52,577 nucleotides of DNA from Thraustochytrium aureum (lineage: Eukaryota), in contig BLSG01000137.1 in NCBI GenBank assembly GCA_012862495.1, forward strand, positions 208,586-261,162. Reading direction: 5' to 3'. The notes beneath the pieces were generated by a model. It worked only from the letters and a program-made list of their open reading frames with translations. It was not told the DNA's origin and searched no databases. Shown here piece by piece: positions 33,874 through 45,140 of this stretch. Positions within the stretch are counted from its first letter, which is position 1. Every line of letters begins with the position of its first letter. A program made the position numbers and the translations under genes.

Positions 33874-34866
33874 ATGTTGGGCGGCGTAGGCTTCGACCTG
33901 GTGGTTACCGCGAATGGGCTCATGTACGCGCTGTCGATGGTGGCCGTGTTTGTGATGGGAATGCTCTGGGAGTCGTCCGGGTGGGCGGCGAGGAGCAAGG
34001 CGGTCGGGCTGCGGTACGCGAGCGCGCTTCTCGGAGGCAGGGGGAGCAGGTCGCCGGCGCGGTGCCGACTCGTGGGCGCCGGGCCGGGCGACCCGGCACT
34101 GCTGACCCTGGCGGCGAAGAGGGCGCTCGAGGAGGCCGACATCGTGATCGCCGATCGGCTTGTGCCAGCAGAAACGCTCGCGCTCGTCAAAGGCCGCGTG
34201 GTGCTCTCGCGCAAGTACAAGGGGTGCGCGAACAAGGCGCAGGACGAGCTGCACGAGTGGACGCTAGCCGCGCTACGCGAAGGGCTCGACGTGGTCCGCC
34301 TCAAGGGCGGCGACCCTTTCTTGTACGGCCGTGGCGCGGAGGAGATCGAGGTCTTCCGCAAGGCCGGGTTTCCTGTAGAGGTCGTGCCCGGCATAAGCAG
34401 CTGCCTCTCGGCGCCGCTGGCGGCCGGCATCGCCGTGACCACGCGTGGCGTTGCCGACCAGCTGCTCATTGCGACCGGGCACGGCATGAACGACACCGTC
34501 CCGCGCGATGTTGCGCCGTACTACGCTGGAAGGACCACTGTGTACCTGATGTCCGTGAGCCGCATGGAGGCGCTCATGAGCCGCCTTCAAGAGCCTCACG
34601 TTGGCTTCCCCAGCAGCACCCCGGTTGCCGTCGTTGAGAAGGCATCAACGAGCAAGCAGCGCGTCGTCCGCGGGACTGTCGGCACCATCACCTCCATTTG
34701 CGAGGCGCTCGGCGTGCAGTCGCCGGCGACGATCGTGGTTGGCCGCGCAGCTAGTGCGCTCGTCGACCCGTCGCTCGGCCCAGATGCCACCTCAGACTAC
34801 CAACCTGGGCAGGGCTCTGTAAAGTTCGCGGCCGTGCCGACGGTGCCGTCCCTTGCTCGCGTCTGA
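33874..34866 (+). CDS. cobA: Uroporphyrinogen-III C-methyltransferase (SUMT; CobA/MET1/UPM1 type) with hydrophobic N-terminal extension
   Basis: LVGAGPGDPALLTL..ADIVIADRLV, VVRLKGGDPFLYGRGAEE, VVPGISS, TGHG, TVYLM, PATIVVG. Confidence 0.93.
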   Translation: MLGGVGFDLVVTANGLMYALSMVAVFVMGMLWESSGWAARSKAVGLRYASALLGGRGSRSPARCRLVGAGPGDPALLTLAAKRALEEADIVIADRLVPAETLALVKGRVVLSRKYKGCANKAQDELHEWTLAALREGLDVVRLKGGDPFLYGRGAEEIEVFRKAGFPVEVVPGISSCLSAPLAAGIAVTTRGVADQLLIATGHGMNDTVPRDVAPYYAGRTTVYLMSVSRMEALMSRLQEPHVGFPSSTPVAVVEKASTSKQRVVRGTVGTITSICEALGVQSPATIVVGRAASALVDPSLGPDATSDYQPGQGSVKFAAVPTVPSLARV

Positions 34867-35484
34867 GTTGTCCGCATCGCATCCGCGTCGGTCGACCTGC
34901 TCCGCCGCGACCTACTGTTTGAATTAAAAAACCAACTGCCCTGCCATCATGTTATCAATGTCATCTTCAAGCGGCGCCCTACAAGCGGCCTGTGAGCAAT
35001 CTGCAGACGGTGAGTCCCGCATCCACGAGTGTCGTCGCGGGGCCCGTTCGGTCACTTTCAGGGCGTGCAGGAGGCGGTCGTCGCCGAAGGTTGGTTGACT
35101 CAAGGCCGCTTGATCCGTGCGGCAACCGCCCAGGCAGTACTCTTCTCTGCTAGAGCTCGCTGGAGTTGGCTCTGGAGCTGCTGGAGCTCGATGCGCGCAA
35201 ACATGTGCAGCGTTGCTCGATCGTCCTGTTCTGCCTGGGATGAACGAAACCTGGCACACACTGTCTACTTACTTCTAATTAGCACAATGCTGTAACGGGC
35301 AACTCCTCCGCCTGTGCAGAGCCCTTTCGAACGAGGCCACGGGCGGGGAGGCAGCTGCTGCTCGCGGCCAGGTGGGCGCCAGGCTGCAGAGGATTCTCCC
35401 ACGGTAGCGTCTGGTGCTCACGAGCAATCGCTCTGTTGGTTTGGACGTGCGGTGAAGGCTGGGTTGAAGGCTGCAGCCGCCGGG

Positions 35485-37925
35485 ATGCGGCCGACGCAAG
35501 TCGCGCTCTGCGCCGCGGTGCTCCTGGCTTGCGCAAGTGTGGCGATGGGGTGCTGCGAAAACAAGTGCAGCGGACACGGGCAGTGCATGAACGGGTGCAC
35601 ATGCACGTGCCACGCGCAGTGGACTGGGGCCGACTGCTCGTTGAGACAATGCCCCTCCGGGCTCCAATGGGTTGGACCTGCTAGTGCAACCGACACTGTC
35701 CACTCAACCATGGCAGTGTGCTCGAACGTCGGCAGGTGCGACTCCTCTACAGGGATTTGCGTTTGCCAAGACGGCTTTGAAGGTCTGGCGTGCGAGCGGC
35801 TCAAGTGCCCGCTGAACTGCAACAACCGCGGGCGCTGCGTCTCGCTGAGCGACGCAGCTGAAGAAAAGGACGACCTCAACTTTTNNNNNNNNNNNNNNNN
35901 NNNNNNNNNNNNNNNNNNNNNNNNNNNNNNNNNNNNNNNNNNNNNNNNNNNNNNNNNNNNNNNNNNNNNNNNNNNNNNNNNNNNNNNNNNNNNNNNNNNN
36001 NNNNNNNNNNNNNNNNNNNNNNNNNNNNNNNNNNNNNNNNNNNNNNNNNNNNNNNNNNNNNNNNNNNNNNNAAGGACGACCTCAACTTTTTCCGCAAGGT
36101 CTCCTACTCGGGCTGGGACGCCAAGCGCATTTATGGGTGCAAGTGCGAGCCGGGGTGGGCTGGGTACGACTGCACGCGGCGCGAGTGCCCGCGCGGCGAC
36201 GACCCTCTCACGACTGGACAAGTTGACGAGATCCAAGTTCTAGATTGCACCTGCGCAGACACGTGCTCTGGCTCGTTTTACTTGTCCTTCCGTGGTGAGG
36301 CTACGCAAGCAATCTCGTTCAACGCAAACGAGGTTGCTGTCAAAGAAGCACTTGAACATCTCCACACGATTCGCGGTGTCAGCGTTGCTTTTACTGACGG
36401 CACCGCGGTGTGCGACAACGACGGCGTCTCGACGGCGATCACGTTCACGCACAATCCAGGCGACGTCCCAACGATTCAGGTGATTCAAAACGACCTCGAT
36501 TCTTCTGGAGGAACCAAGACCATTGCAATTGTGCACAGCGGCCAGACCTCGGCGAAAAGCGTCGTTTCAGTGACAGGAACCAAGGAGAATGAAATCTGCA
36601 GCGGCAGAGGAGTATGCGACTTTACGTCTGGGCTTTGCACCTGCTACACCGCCTTTGGGTCGAGTGACGGAGTCGGGGGGAAGGCACCTTTGGGGACTGC
36701 GGCTACCACTCTGGGGCCGCAAGTGCCTGCCCCGGCTCAACATCCTGCAGCGGGCATGGCACATGCAGCGGCGCAACTGCATATGTCTGCACCTGCGACG
36801 ACGGCTGGACTGGGCGCGACTGCGCGACGCGAACCTGTCCGACCGGCGTCGCGTGGTTTGCCGAGGCCGGGACAACGCTTCCCGCCCTTGTCGACGTCAC
36901 CAATAGCGCCACGTCGGTGACCACCCATGGCGACGTGCGCTCAGTCCTCAGCCGCGGTGACACGCTTGTCATAAACGACCAAGTTCTCACTGTGTCCTCG
37001 GATACTTCCGATACCTTCGATGCCACAACGATCCCGCTCGCCTCGGCGTACACTGGTGAGACCGTTGTCTATGCGGAAGCGTATGCGCGGCCAGAGCAAG
37101 CCCATCACCTCGTCGAGTGCTCCAACAGGGGGCATTGTGACTACCAGCATGGGAACTTGCACGTGCATGGTCGGCTTCACAGGGTCGGCGTGCCAAAAGA
37201 CCAGATGCCCTGCTGCGTGCAGCGGGCGAGGGACCTGCATGTCTCTTGCGAGCCTGGCGGAGAAAACCGAGGTTAACGGCGACGCCACCGACTTTACGTA
37301 CGGGCGAAATCCATCGGTGATTGGAACATGGGATCACGACAAAGTCTTTGGTTGCCGCTGCGACAAGTCACTTCTGCAAGGTGGGCACTATGATTACTGG
37401 GGCCACGACTGTTCGCTTTTGGCCTGCCCGACAGGAGACAACCCTTCGACCGAGAACGGATACGACGAGGTTCAGAACATCACCTGCAGTGCCACTAGTG
37501 GCTCTTTCACGGTGTCGTTCCGGCAAGAGACCTCAGCCAGCATTGCCTTTGACGCGACGGCTGCACAAGTCAAGCAAGCCTTGGCTGCAATGTCAACGAT
37601 CGGCTCGGCCACGGTCACCTTCGATTCTGGCTCCGCAGCTTGCAGCAGCGGCGGCGTTGTCATCTCCGTGACCTTTACGAGCAGGCCTGGCGACTTGCCG
37701 CTCATGACAACGCAGACCTCGCTCTCGGGCGGGTCGGCCGACGCGCTCGTTGCCGAGGCGGTCAAGGGCACCAAGGAAAATGCAGAGTGCTCGCAGCATG
37801 GCCTCTGCGACCGCAGCACTGGCGCATGCAAGTGCTTTTCCGGCTATGTCTCATCAAATGGCCAAGGAGGTTACGGCACCCGCGGAGACTGTGGTGCTCG
37901 AGACGCCCTCTACACTGGGTCTTAG
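35485..37925 (+). CDS. Secreted tenascin-type EGF-repeat protein, Sig1/Ocm1 mastigoneme-like (frameshifts near 36683 and 37145; false gap)
   Basis: Signal peptide, then CSGHGQC..WTGADCSLRQCP, CSNVGRCD..G.C.C..GFEGLACER, WD..YGCKC..GYDC..CPRGDDP, EICSGRGVCD. The module occurs twice. Confidence 0.85.
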
Positions 37926-38000
37926 CAAACAAAAGTAGTAAAACAATCCGTCAAGCTTGTCCGAGCTGATTGGGGCCTCTCGCGAAGGGGGGCGGGCGCG

Positions 38001-38071
38001 TCCGCGATAGAAAACGAGGGTTCCGGTACTGTCCCGCGTAGATCCGGGTTCAATTCCCGGGAGGGGAGCCA
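38001..38071 (+). pseudogene. Degenerate tRNA-Asp(GTC)-like sequence followed by genomic CCA
   Basis: Perfect T-arm CCGGG-TTCAATT-CCCGG, loop CTGTCCC and 3' end GAGGGGAG-CCA resemble eukaryotic tRNA-Asp. The D-arm, anticodon stem and part of the acceptor stem do not pair. Confidence 0.65.
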
Positions 38072-39007
38072 AGCTGAGCCGGGCTGAGCACGCTGGATTG
38101 TGNNNNNNNNNNNNNNNNNNNNNNNNNNNNNNNNNNNNNNNNNNNNNNNNNNNNNNNNNNNNNNNNNNNNNNNNNNNNNNNNNNNNNNNNNNNNNNNNNN
38201 NNNNNNNNNNNNNNNNNNNNNNNNNNNNNNNNNNNNNNNNNNNNNNNNNNNNNNNNNNNNNNNNNNNNNNNNNNNNNNNNNNNNNNNNNNNNNNNNNNNN
38301 NNNNNNNNNNNNNNNNNNNNNNNNNNNNNNNNNNNNNNNNNNNNNNNNNNNNNNNNNNNNNNNNNNNNNNNNNNNNNNNNNNNNNNNNNNNNNNNNNNNN
38401 NNNNNNNNNNNNNNTATACAGTAGTACTCTTGCCGGTACCCGACGTTGGACGCGAGACGACCACGTCCAACTCGTCATCACGTGCACGCCTTTGACAAAG
38501 CGGGGACCTAGGCCACGGCCACCTCCGTTCACGAGACCATCCCGATCCAGTTCGACGGCCATCCGTGCACCAGCCGGCGAGGCCGCCCACCCACGCGTGC
38601 CAAGGTATCGAGGGCAACGGAGACAATCCCTAGGAAGCAACGCGTGGAGGCCGGTCTCGATCTTGAACCGCTCCTGCGCTCCTAGCCAGTTCGAGGTGTG
38701 CATTCCCGGCTTTCGATTGACGTGGGAGGATTGGCCGCATGGGCGCTTCGTCTCGTCGCCTCGTGTGGGTCGTGATCCCATTCGACTGCCATGGTGACTG
38801 CCGGGAATGAACACAAAAGTACTGAGTACAACGACCAACCAGCCATCAATCGATCGACCGAATGTTACTTGGCGGTGAGCGATGCGGCAGACCCGCATTG
38901 ATTGAGCGAGCCCTGCAGCACGGCGACGGGACACGTGCGGCGCAGTTGCGCGGATTTCGACGACGGACGGGGGTGTTTGGTGCAGGGACAGGCCGCGGAC
39001 GGGCGAG

Positions 39008-39973
39008 ATGGACGCCGCGCAAGCGATGAACGCGGTGCTCGCGACCGGCGCGGTGCCGGCGGTGGAGTTTGTCGCTTCCATGCTGGAGGGCGGCGATAAG
39101 GTGGAGTATCCCGCGCCGAAGAGCGGCGCGAGCGGCCCGGCGGGCAAGGGCGCCGAGGTCGCCCCGAGGCGCAAGGTACCGGCGGACGTGGAGCTGTTGA
39201 TGCACCTCAACATGACGGCGGAAATGGCTCGCGTCGAGTTTCGCGACGTGCGTTTCATTTGCGTCGGCGGAACGGACTCGCGGATGAAGGGCATGGCGGA
39301 CGCGCTCGGCGAGCGCCTCGGGTGCGAGGCGCGCGAACTCTCCCGCGGGCGCTTTGCTGTTTTCAAGGTTGGCAAGGTGCTCCTCGCCAACCACGGCATG
39401 GGGTGCCCTTCTGTTTCGATCTGCATGAACGAGCTTGTCCTCGGCCTCCGCCTCGCCGGCAACGAGGAGGCGGTGCGCATCTTCCGTGTGGGCACGACCG
39501 GCGGCGTTGGCGTTCCCGCGGGGACGGTGGTGGTGACCACAGAGTCGCTCAACGAGTTGCTCCAGCCCGCCTACGAGGTCATCTATATGGGCGAGCGCCG
39601 CTCGTACGCAACCTTCGTGGACCCCGAAGTGATCGCCGAGCTCGGCGCCTTTGAGAATGTAGAGATGGGCAAGACCATGACCGCCAACTGCTTTTACGAC
39701 AACCAAGGACGCGTGGACGGGCCGTTTGCGGAGCACACCGTCGAGGACAAGTTTGCCTTTCTTCGGCGCCTGCAGGCCGCCGGCGTGCGCAACATCGAGA
39801 TGGAGGGCACCTGTTTTTCGGCGCTCGCTCGGCGAGCGGGCTTGCGTCCCGCGATCGTGTGCATGGTCATCGTGAACCGCCTGGAGGGTGAAATCCCGCC
39901 TGCATCAGAGCCGCGCAACGCGGCGATCGACATCGTGTCCCAGTACATCGCTCGCCACCATGCCGACGCGTGA
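39008..39973 (+). CDS. UPP1: Uridine phosphorylase, eukaryotic UPP1 type
   Basis: DVRFICVGGT..RM, FKVGKVLLANHGMGCPSVSICMNEL, FRVGTTGGVG, FYDNQGRVDG, GVRNIEMEG, IVNRLEGE. Confidence 0.93.
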   Translation: MDAAQAMNAVLATGAVPAVEFVASMLEGGDKVEYPAPKSGASGPAGKGAEVAPRRKVPADVELLMHLNMTAEMARVEFRDVRFICVGGTDSRMKGMADALGERLGCEARELSRGRFAVFKVGKVLLANHGMGCPSVSICMNELVLGLRLAGNEEAVRIFRVGTTGGVGVPAGTVVVTTESLNELLQPAYEVIYMGERRSYATFVDPEVIAELGAFENVEMGKTMTANCFYDNQGRVDGPFAEHTVEDKFAFLRRLQAAGVRNIEMEGTCFSALARRAGLRPAIVCMVIVNRLEGEIPPASEPRNAAIDIVSQYIARHHADA

Positions 39974-40036
39974 GGGTTAATAATTATATAAGATAACTTT
40001 AACGTTTTGCGTTGACTTTGAACGCGGATTCGGAGC

Positions 40037-43000
40037 TCACATGAGCAAGACCGTGCACCGGTCAAAGTCGTGGTCCATCGACAGCGCGACGAAATAGAAG
40101 AGCGCCCGCGTCAAAAGAAACGAGTAGACCACAAACCCAAGCAAATAAAACCACCCCGCATCGAGTCGCGTCTCCACGCCAAAGCAGACCGACTCCTCCG
40201 GCGAGGCGCCCAGCTCGCCGAGGATGTCACCAAAGACCTGGGGGCAAAACGGCAAATTGTCCCCCACGACGCGGAAAAACTTGGGGATGTCGAATGCCAT
40301 GATGAGCACGGTCGCACAAAACACGTTGGTCGAGTTCCACGAGTTGCAGATCCTGTAGGCAAAAAGCAACGTGTGAGCGCGGCGCTTGGGAACAGGCGCA
40401 AACCAGAGGACGAGGCCGATCAGAATGCCCAGAGCAGGCGCCAGCAGAATGAGCACAAAGTAGGCGAGGCCCATGAGGAACAGGNNNNNNNNNNNNNNNN
40501 NNNNNNNNNNNNNNNNNNNNNNNNNNNNNNNNNNNNNNNNNNNNNNNNNNNNNNNNNNNNNNNNNNNNNNNNNNNNNNNNNNNNNNNNNNNNNNNNNNNN
40601 NNNNNNNNNNNNNNNNNNNNNNNNNNNNNNNNNNNNNNNNNNNNNNNNNNNNNNNNNNNNNNNNNNNNNNNNNNNNNNNNNNNNNNNNNNNNNNNGCCCA
40701 TGAGGAACAGGGCAAACCCATTGGTCTTGTTGGCCGGGTCCGCGTCCGCGAGCGCTGGAAGCACGCCGTAAGTCGAGGCAGTCCGCAGCTTGCCACCGTT
40801 CACGCCAAATAGCTCTGAGCCGAACCCGGCGACGCCAGTAAACTCAAACTCGTACACTGTCTGCGAGAACGCTAGAGCAAAGACCACCGGCCAAAGGATC
40901 AACCCGAGCGTTACAAGGGCGCGGCCGATACGCCGCCACATCGCAGCCCAGGTGCGCGCTTCTCGGTGGCCCAACAAGGAGGTTAGCGCCTCGCCACTGC
41001 CAGCGCCGCCGCCGCCGGAGCTGCCGGCCTCGGGGTTCGACCCGTCCAGGCTAAAGTCGCTCTCCTCGCCTTCGCCCTCACTGATGGGATTGTCTGGAAT
41101 ACTGTGAAAGTGCGTTCGGCCAGGCCCCGCCCCAAACGCCGCGCCATCCTCCGCCCCGCCGGCCGCGATGCTGGACAGATCGACCTGCATGGCCCGCATG
41201 TTTTCCGCCACGATGCGGTCGTGGTAGTAAATGATTAGGTGGTTGAGAAACACGGAGAGCAGCGCGGCGAGGAAGAAGGAAATGAGCCCCCACATGGGCA
41301 CGAACTCGACGTAGCCGACAAGGGCGTTCGGGGGGAGAAAGCTCATCTCGGGCTCTGGGTTCTTCACCGTGGTGTTCATCGAGGCGGTCATCAGCGCAAA
41401 CAAGTAAAAGATGGCCATGATCCACTTGCCCATGCTCTCCATGCCGCGCAGCAAGTAACCGCGGTGCGGGACGGTAAGCACGTTTGCCGGAACGACCCAT
41501 GCGTAGCCGAGGAACGCCACGCGCATCCACGGCAGGATGCCCGAGCAAAACCCTATAAACACAAAAAACAGGGCCGCGCCGGCTTCGGAAAGCAAATCGA
41601 TGCAATAGTCGAGCGTCATGGTAAGCATCGGGATTTCCTTGAGCTGCTCGCCCGCAACCTGAAGCACGATCGCGACGCGCCCCATGGTGAAAAAGTTGCC
41701 GGACACGAACAAGACAAAGTTGAACACGAGAGCGACCGCCACCGAGATGGCTACGCACGGCCCAATCGAAGGGTGGACTATCATGGCCCGGTCGCGCCCT
41801 AGGAGGTAGAGCGCATCGTTCTCGGAGACAACCTCGCGCGGGGACTGCAACACCGAGTTTCGCGACACGGAGCAGATTGAAACCCGCCTCCGAAACTGCA
41901 GCACGACCTCGCGGTGCGACGTGCTGGCCGTGCTCCCGCTGCCGTCCACGCCGCCCTTCCTCGCACCGTCCTCGCTGGACAACGTGTCTTGCGCCAGGAG
42001 TGCGGTGGTGAGAAACTCGCTTGCGGTGCGGTCGAGCGCCCTGCCCAGGTCTGCCCCTCTTCGTCGCAGTCCTGGTTGGAAATCCGAGGCCCCAGCGTCA
42101 GAGGAGCCTCTCCCGACTCGTCCTCTTCGCCAGACTCGCGGCCCGCTGCGGCATGGTCGTCCGGATCAAGCATGCCCCCCCCGCTGCTCGCCAGCACCTG
42201 GTCCACCGCAGCGCGCAGACCGCCGCTTGGGGAACCCTGATCGCTTGCGCCACTTGACCGCCGCAGCGCCGCGTTCGCCAAACTTGACCCGCTCGGGAGG
42301 CGAGCGCGAACCGCGGTTTTGGAGCGGGAAACCCAAACCGAGCCCGCCGCCGGAGCGCTCCCAGATCCCGGTTCTGGCGCTGGAGAGGCCAGCACTGAGC
42401 CAGGGGTTGACCGATTCGGCGTGCTGCTCCCTCCCGTGTTCAAATAGTCTGTCTGCAGCAGCGTGGTCGCCAGGCGCTGGCTCTGGAACTTGCGCAGGTT
42501 GTACGAGCGCCGCTTCGCGAGCAGCACCGACGTGGCAAATCCAAGCAGCATGAGCAAGGCAGAAACGACCATGAGGACCTTCATATTCGGCAGCCACCAC
42601 GGACGCTTCGCTTTGCTCTTGGTGTGCGGCTGCGGGTGTGGGGCATTGCCGGCCGCGCAGGCGGCGCGGAGCTTGGAGAGCAGGTTGTTGATGCCAAAGT
42701 TTACGTTGGCGCCGCCGAACAGCTCCAGGTCGCTCGAGTTGGTCAGCACCGCTGCAACGACTGGAATAAAACCGCCCAGAAAGTCCTGCAGGGCGCGCGC
42801 CGCATCGGGCTCTGACAAAAAGTCAAGAATGCTTGGCAACGTCGGCGAGGTGCACTGCCGGCAGGCGGCCGCTATCTCGATACCGCCAACTGCGACGACG
42901 AGTTCCTTCAGTGCAAACGGGGATTGCACGGAGGAAAAGTCCTGGCGCCGTCGGGGCGGCGCTGGCGCGAGTAGCGCGGCGCATGTGGACGCTAAGCGCT

Positions 43001-45140
43001 GTAGGTCGAACGCGGCTACAGCGGCCTCGCCGATCTCGGCGAGAACCGAGGCGTTCAAGGCTACGGCAGGCCTGGTTGTCGCGTTCGCGCCGCTCGGCTG
43101 CACCGGAACCGAGAGCAGGCGCAGGGCCACGGTGATTTCGTCGTGAATGTCCCGATCCTGGATATTCAGGCCAACGATATCGAGCGTTATGTCGGCCTCC
43201 ACGAGGAGCTCGCCGAGCGCCACCGAACTTGCAAGCTGCGCGTCACAACCTGGCACAGGCTCCAAAACGTCGAGGCCGATGATCGAGTCGGCCCCTCGAA
43301 GGGTAAGATTGGCGAGCTTGACCTGTGCGTTGGCTGGAGGAGTCAGGAACGGGAAGAACTCAAGCAAGTTGACCGGCCCGAGCGTTGCAAGATCACCCCC
43401 CAAGTGGAGCGTGCCGTTCTGCCACTGCGCTTCGCCAAATAGAAACTGCATTGCCCAGGCGGTGATGCGGTTCGCGCTCAGCGGCCCAGCGGAGCCGACA
43501 GCAGTGTCGAGAACCCAACGAGCGAGCGACAACACCAGGTTGTCTCTCCACACGATCGTCCTCTCATGGGCGCGCGGGTCCGAAGGGGGCGGCCAGGGCG
43601 CGAGCGGGCACTCTGCTTGTCGCAGTGCCGGCGTGAGGCGCATAGACGCAACTTGCGCGAGCTGCGCAGGGTATTTCTGTGCAACGCCCAGCGCTGGGCG
43701 AGCAAAGGTCTGCCAGACGACCGACGCCGCCGTTTGTGCCATGGCGAATACCGGGTCATTGCCCAGCAGGGCGATTGGTCCAAAGCCCATGGTTGGCGAG
43801 ACTTGCGCGAACGCCACGGTTGCATTCGCAAATACGGAGGCTGCGCACGCAAGAGGATGCTCCATCAAACTGGCAAGCGAAAGCCTCGTCAGACCCCGCG
43901 CGTCCAGGCCAAGCAAGACGGCGGCGGAGACGTTGATGCCGTGAAGGCTCGAATTGACCTCAAAAGGGGTTCGCAGACACGACTCTCCAGGCTTTTCGCA
44001 CGCCCCCTCGGCAAGCACAAACGCGCCGCGCACGGCCAAGGGGCTCTCCAAGGCGATAGCGTTGTTGACCGTGTACTTGCCCACAGGCCTTGCGAGCTCT
44101 ATTCCGCGCACAGAGTCGAGCCCGCTCAGGCGCAGCTCGACGAGCTCTAGGGCTATCTCTGCGCCAAGGACGTTGATGCGAAACAGGTCGATCGGCGCGG
44201 CCTGCGCGTCGACGAGGACCCAGTCAGAGCCCGGACCCCCTTCTAAGAGGTGGTCTTGAACGACGCGGTTCAGGGCCAGCTCGCTCGAGCCTGGCGCAGG
44301 CCGGCCCAAGACCTGCTGGACGAAGGCAGAGCCCAGTCTGACCGCAGAATTGTTGAGTGGGACGACGAAGTCGGCTCTTGTTCGGCTGCCCTCTTCCAAA
44401 GCGCTCCTGCTCTTCCGCGGTAACACCGACGCCTCAAGGTCCGAAAGCGACTCGGGCGAGCGCGGCATCTCGTGGTTGACAAACCAGTCCATGTTCCATC
44501 GCGCAAAGTCGAGGGCGAAGCTCGCCGCGGCAGTCATGGTGCGCGCCCCGACGCACAGGAGGGGGTCGATGACGAGCGGCCCCAGGGCCGGTGCGAAGGC
44601 GTTGAGGACCTGCTGGTCCATGAAGCTAAGAATGGCTTGCCCCCCGATGACGCGAAACGACTCGTGCGAAAAGCGCGCCCGAGGCCTGCAACGCGCGAGG
44701 TGGACGCCAGCCGGCAAATGCAGACCGCGATCGACGTGGCCAAACGGGCTGCGCGCCCACGTAAACTTCCAGGTCTGGTCCACGGCGCTGTCGGCCGTGT
44801 ACACTTCTAGCCCAATCTTGCCGCTGCCAATCAGCGGAGTTGCGCTCGAGTACGCCAAGACGCCGCTGCAGTCCGAGGCGAGCCCTGCGAGCACGGCGCG
44901 CACAGCGAGCGTCTGCGGCTGGTCGTCTGCGCTAAACTCGACGGCACCGATTTGCAGCTCGGGGCACTTGAGCTGAATCGAGCAGTTGACTTGGCCGCCG
45001 TCCAGCAACCTGAGCGGGAACTCTATCGCAGGGAGCGAAAAGTCCATGTCGCTCACCAGCCTGCTGATGAACTGCGACGGCTGCGGCCCCAGGCCCGCAC
45101 CAGCCGCACCCTGCGCGGCCGCCGCGGCAGCGGCAACCAT
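40037..45140 (-). CDS. Large membrane protein: long beta-rich extracellular region, TM helix, low-complexity linker, two PqiA-like multi-TM domains (frameshift near 42055; false gap)
   Basis: C-terminal FCSGILPWMRV..LLRGMESMGKWIM..WGLISF..A and a second copy LLAPAL..ICNSWNSTNVF resemble PqiA motifs. The start may lie further upstream. Confidence 0.65.

Noticed and set aside
35866..36090. Direct repeat AAGGACGACCTCAACTTTT flanking an N gap (possible target-site duplication)
   Set aside because: Merging the copies gives a continuous frame (KDDLNFFRKVSYSGWDAK), so this is an unmerged contig overlap.
38001..38071. Functional tRNA-Asp gene
   Set aside because: The D-arm and anticodon stem do not pair, and the acceptor stem has about three mismatches.
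40469..40711. Direct repeat GCCCATGAGGAACAGG flanking an N gap
   Set aside because: Same artefact: merging gives FALFLMGLAYFVLILL in frame.
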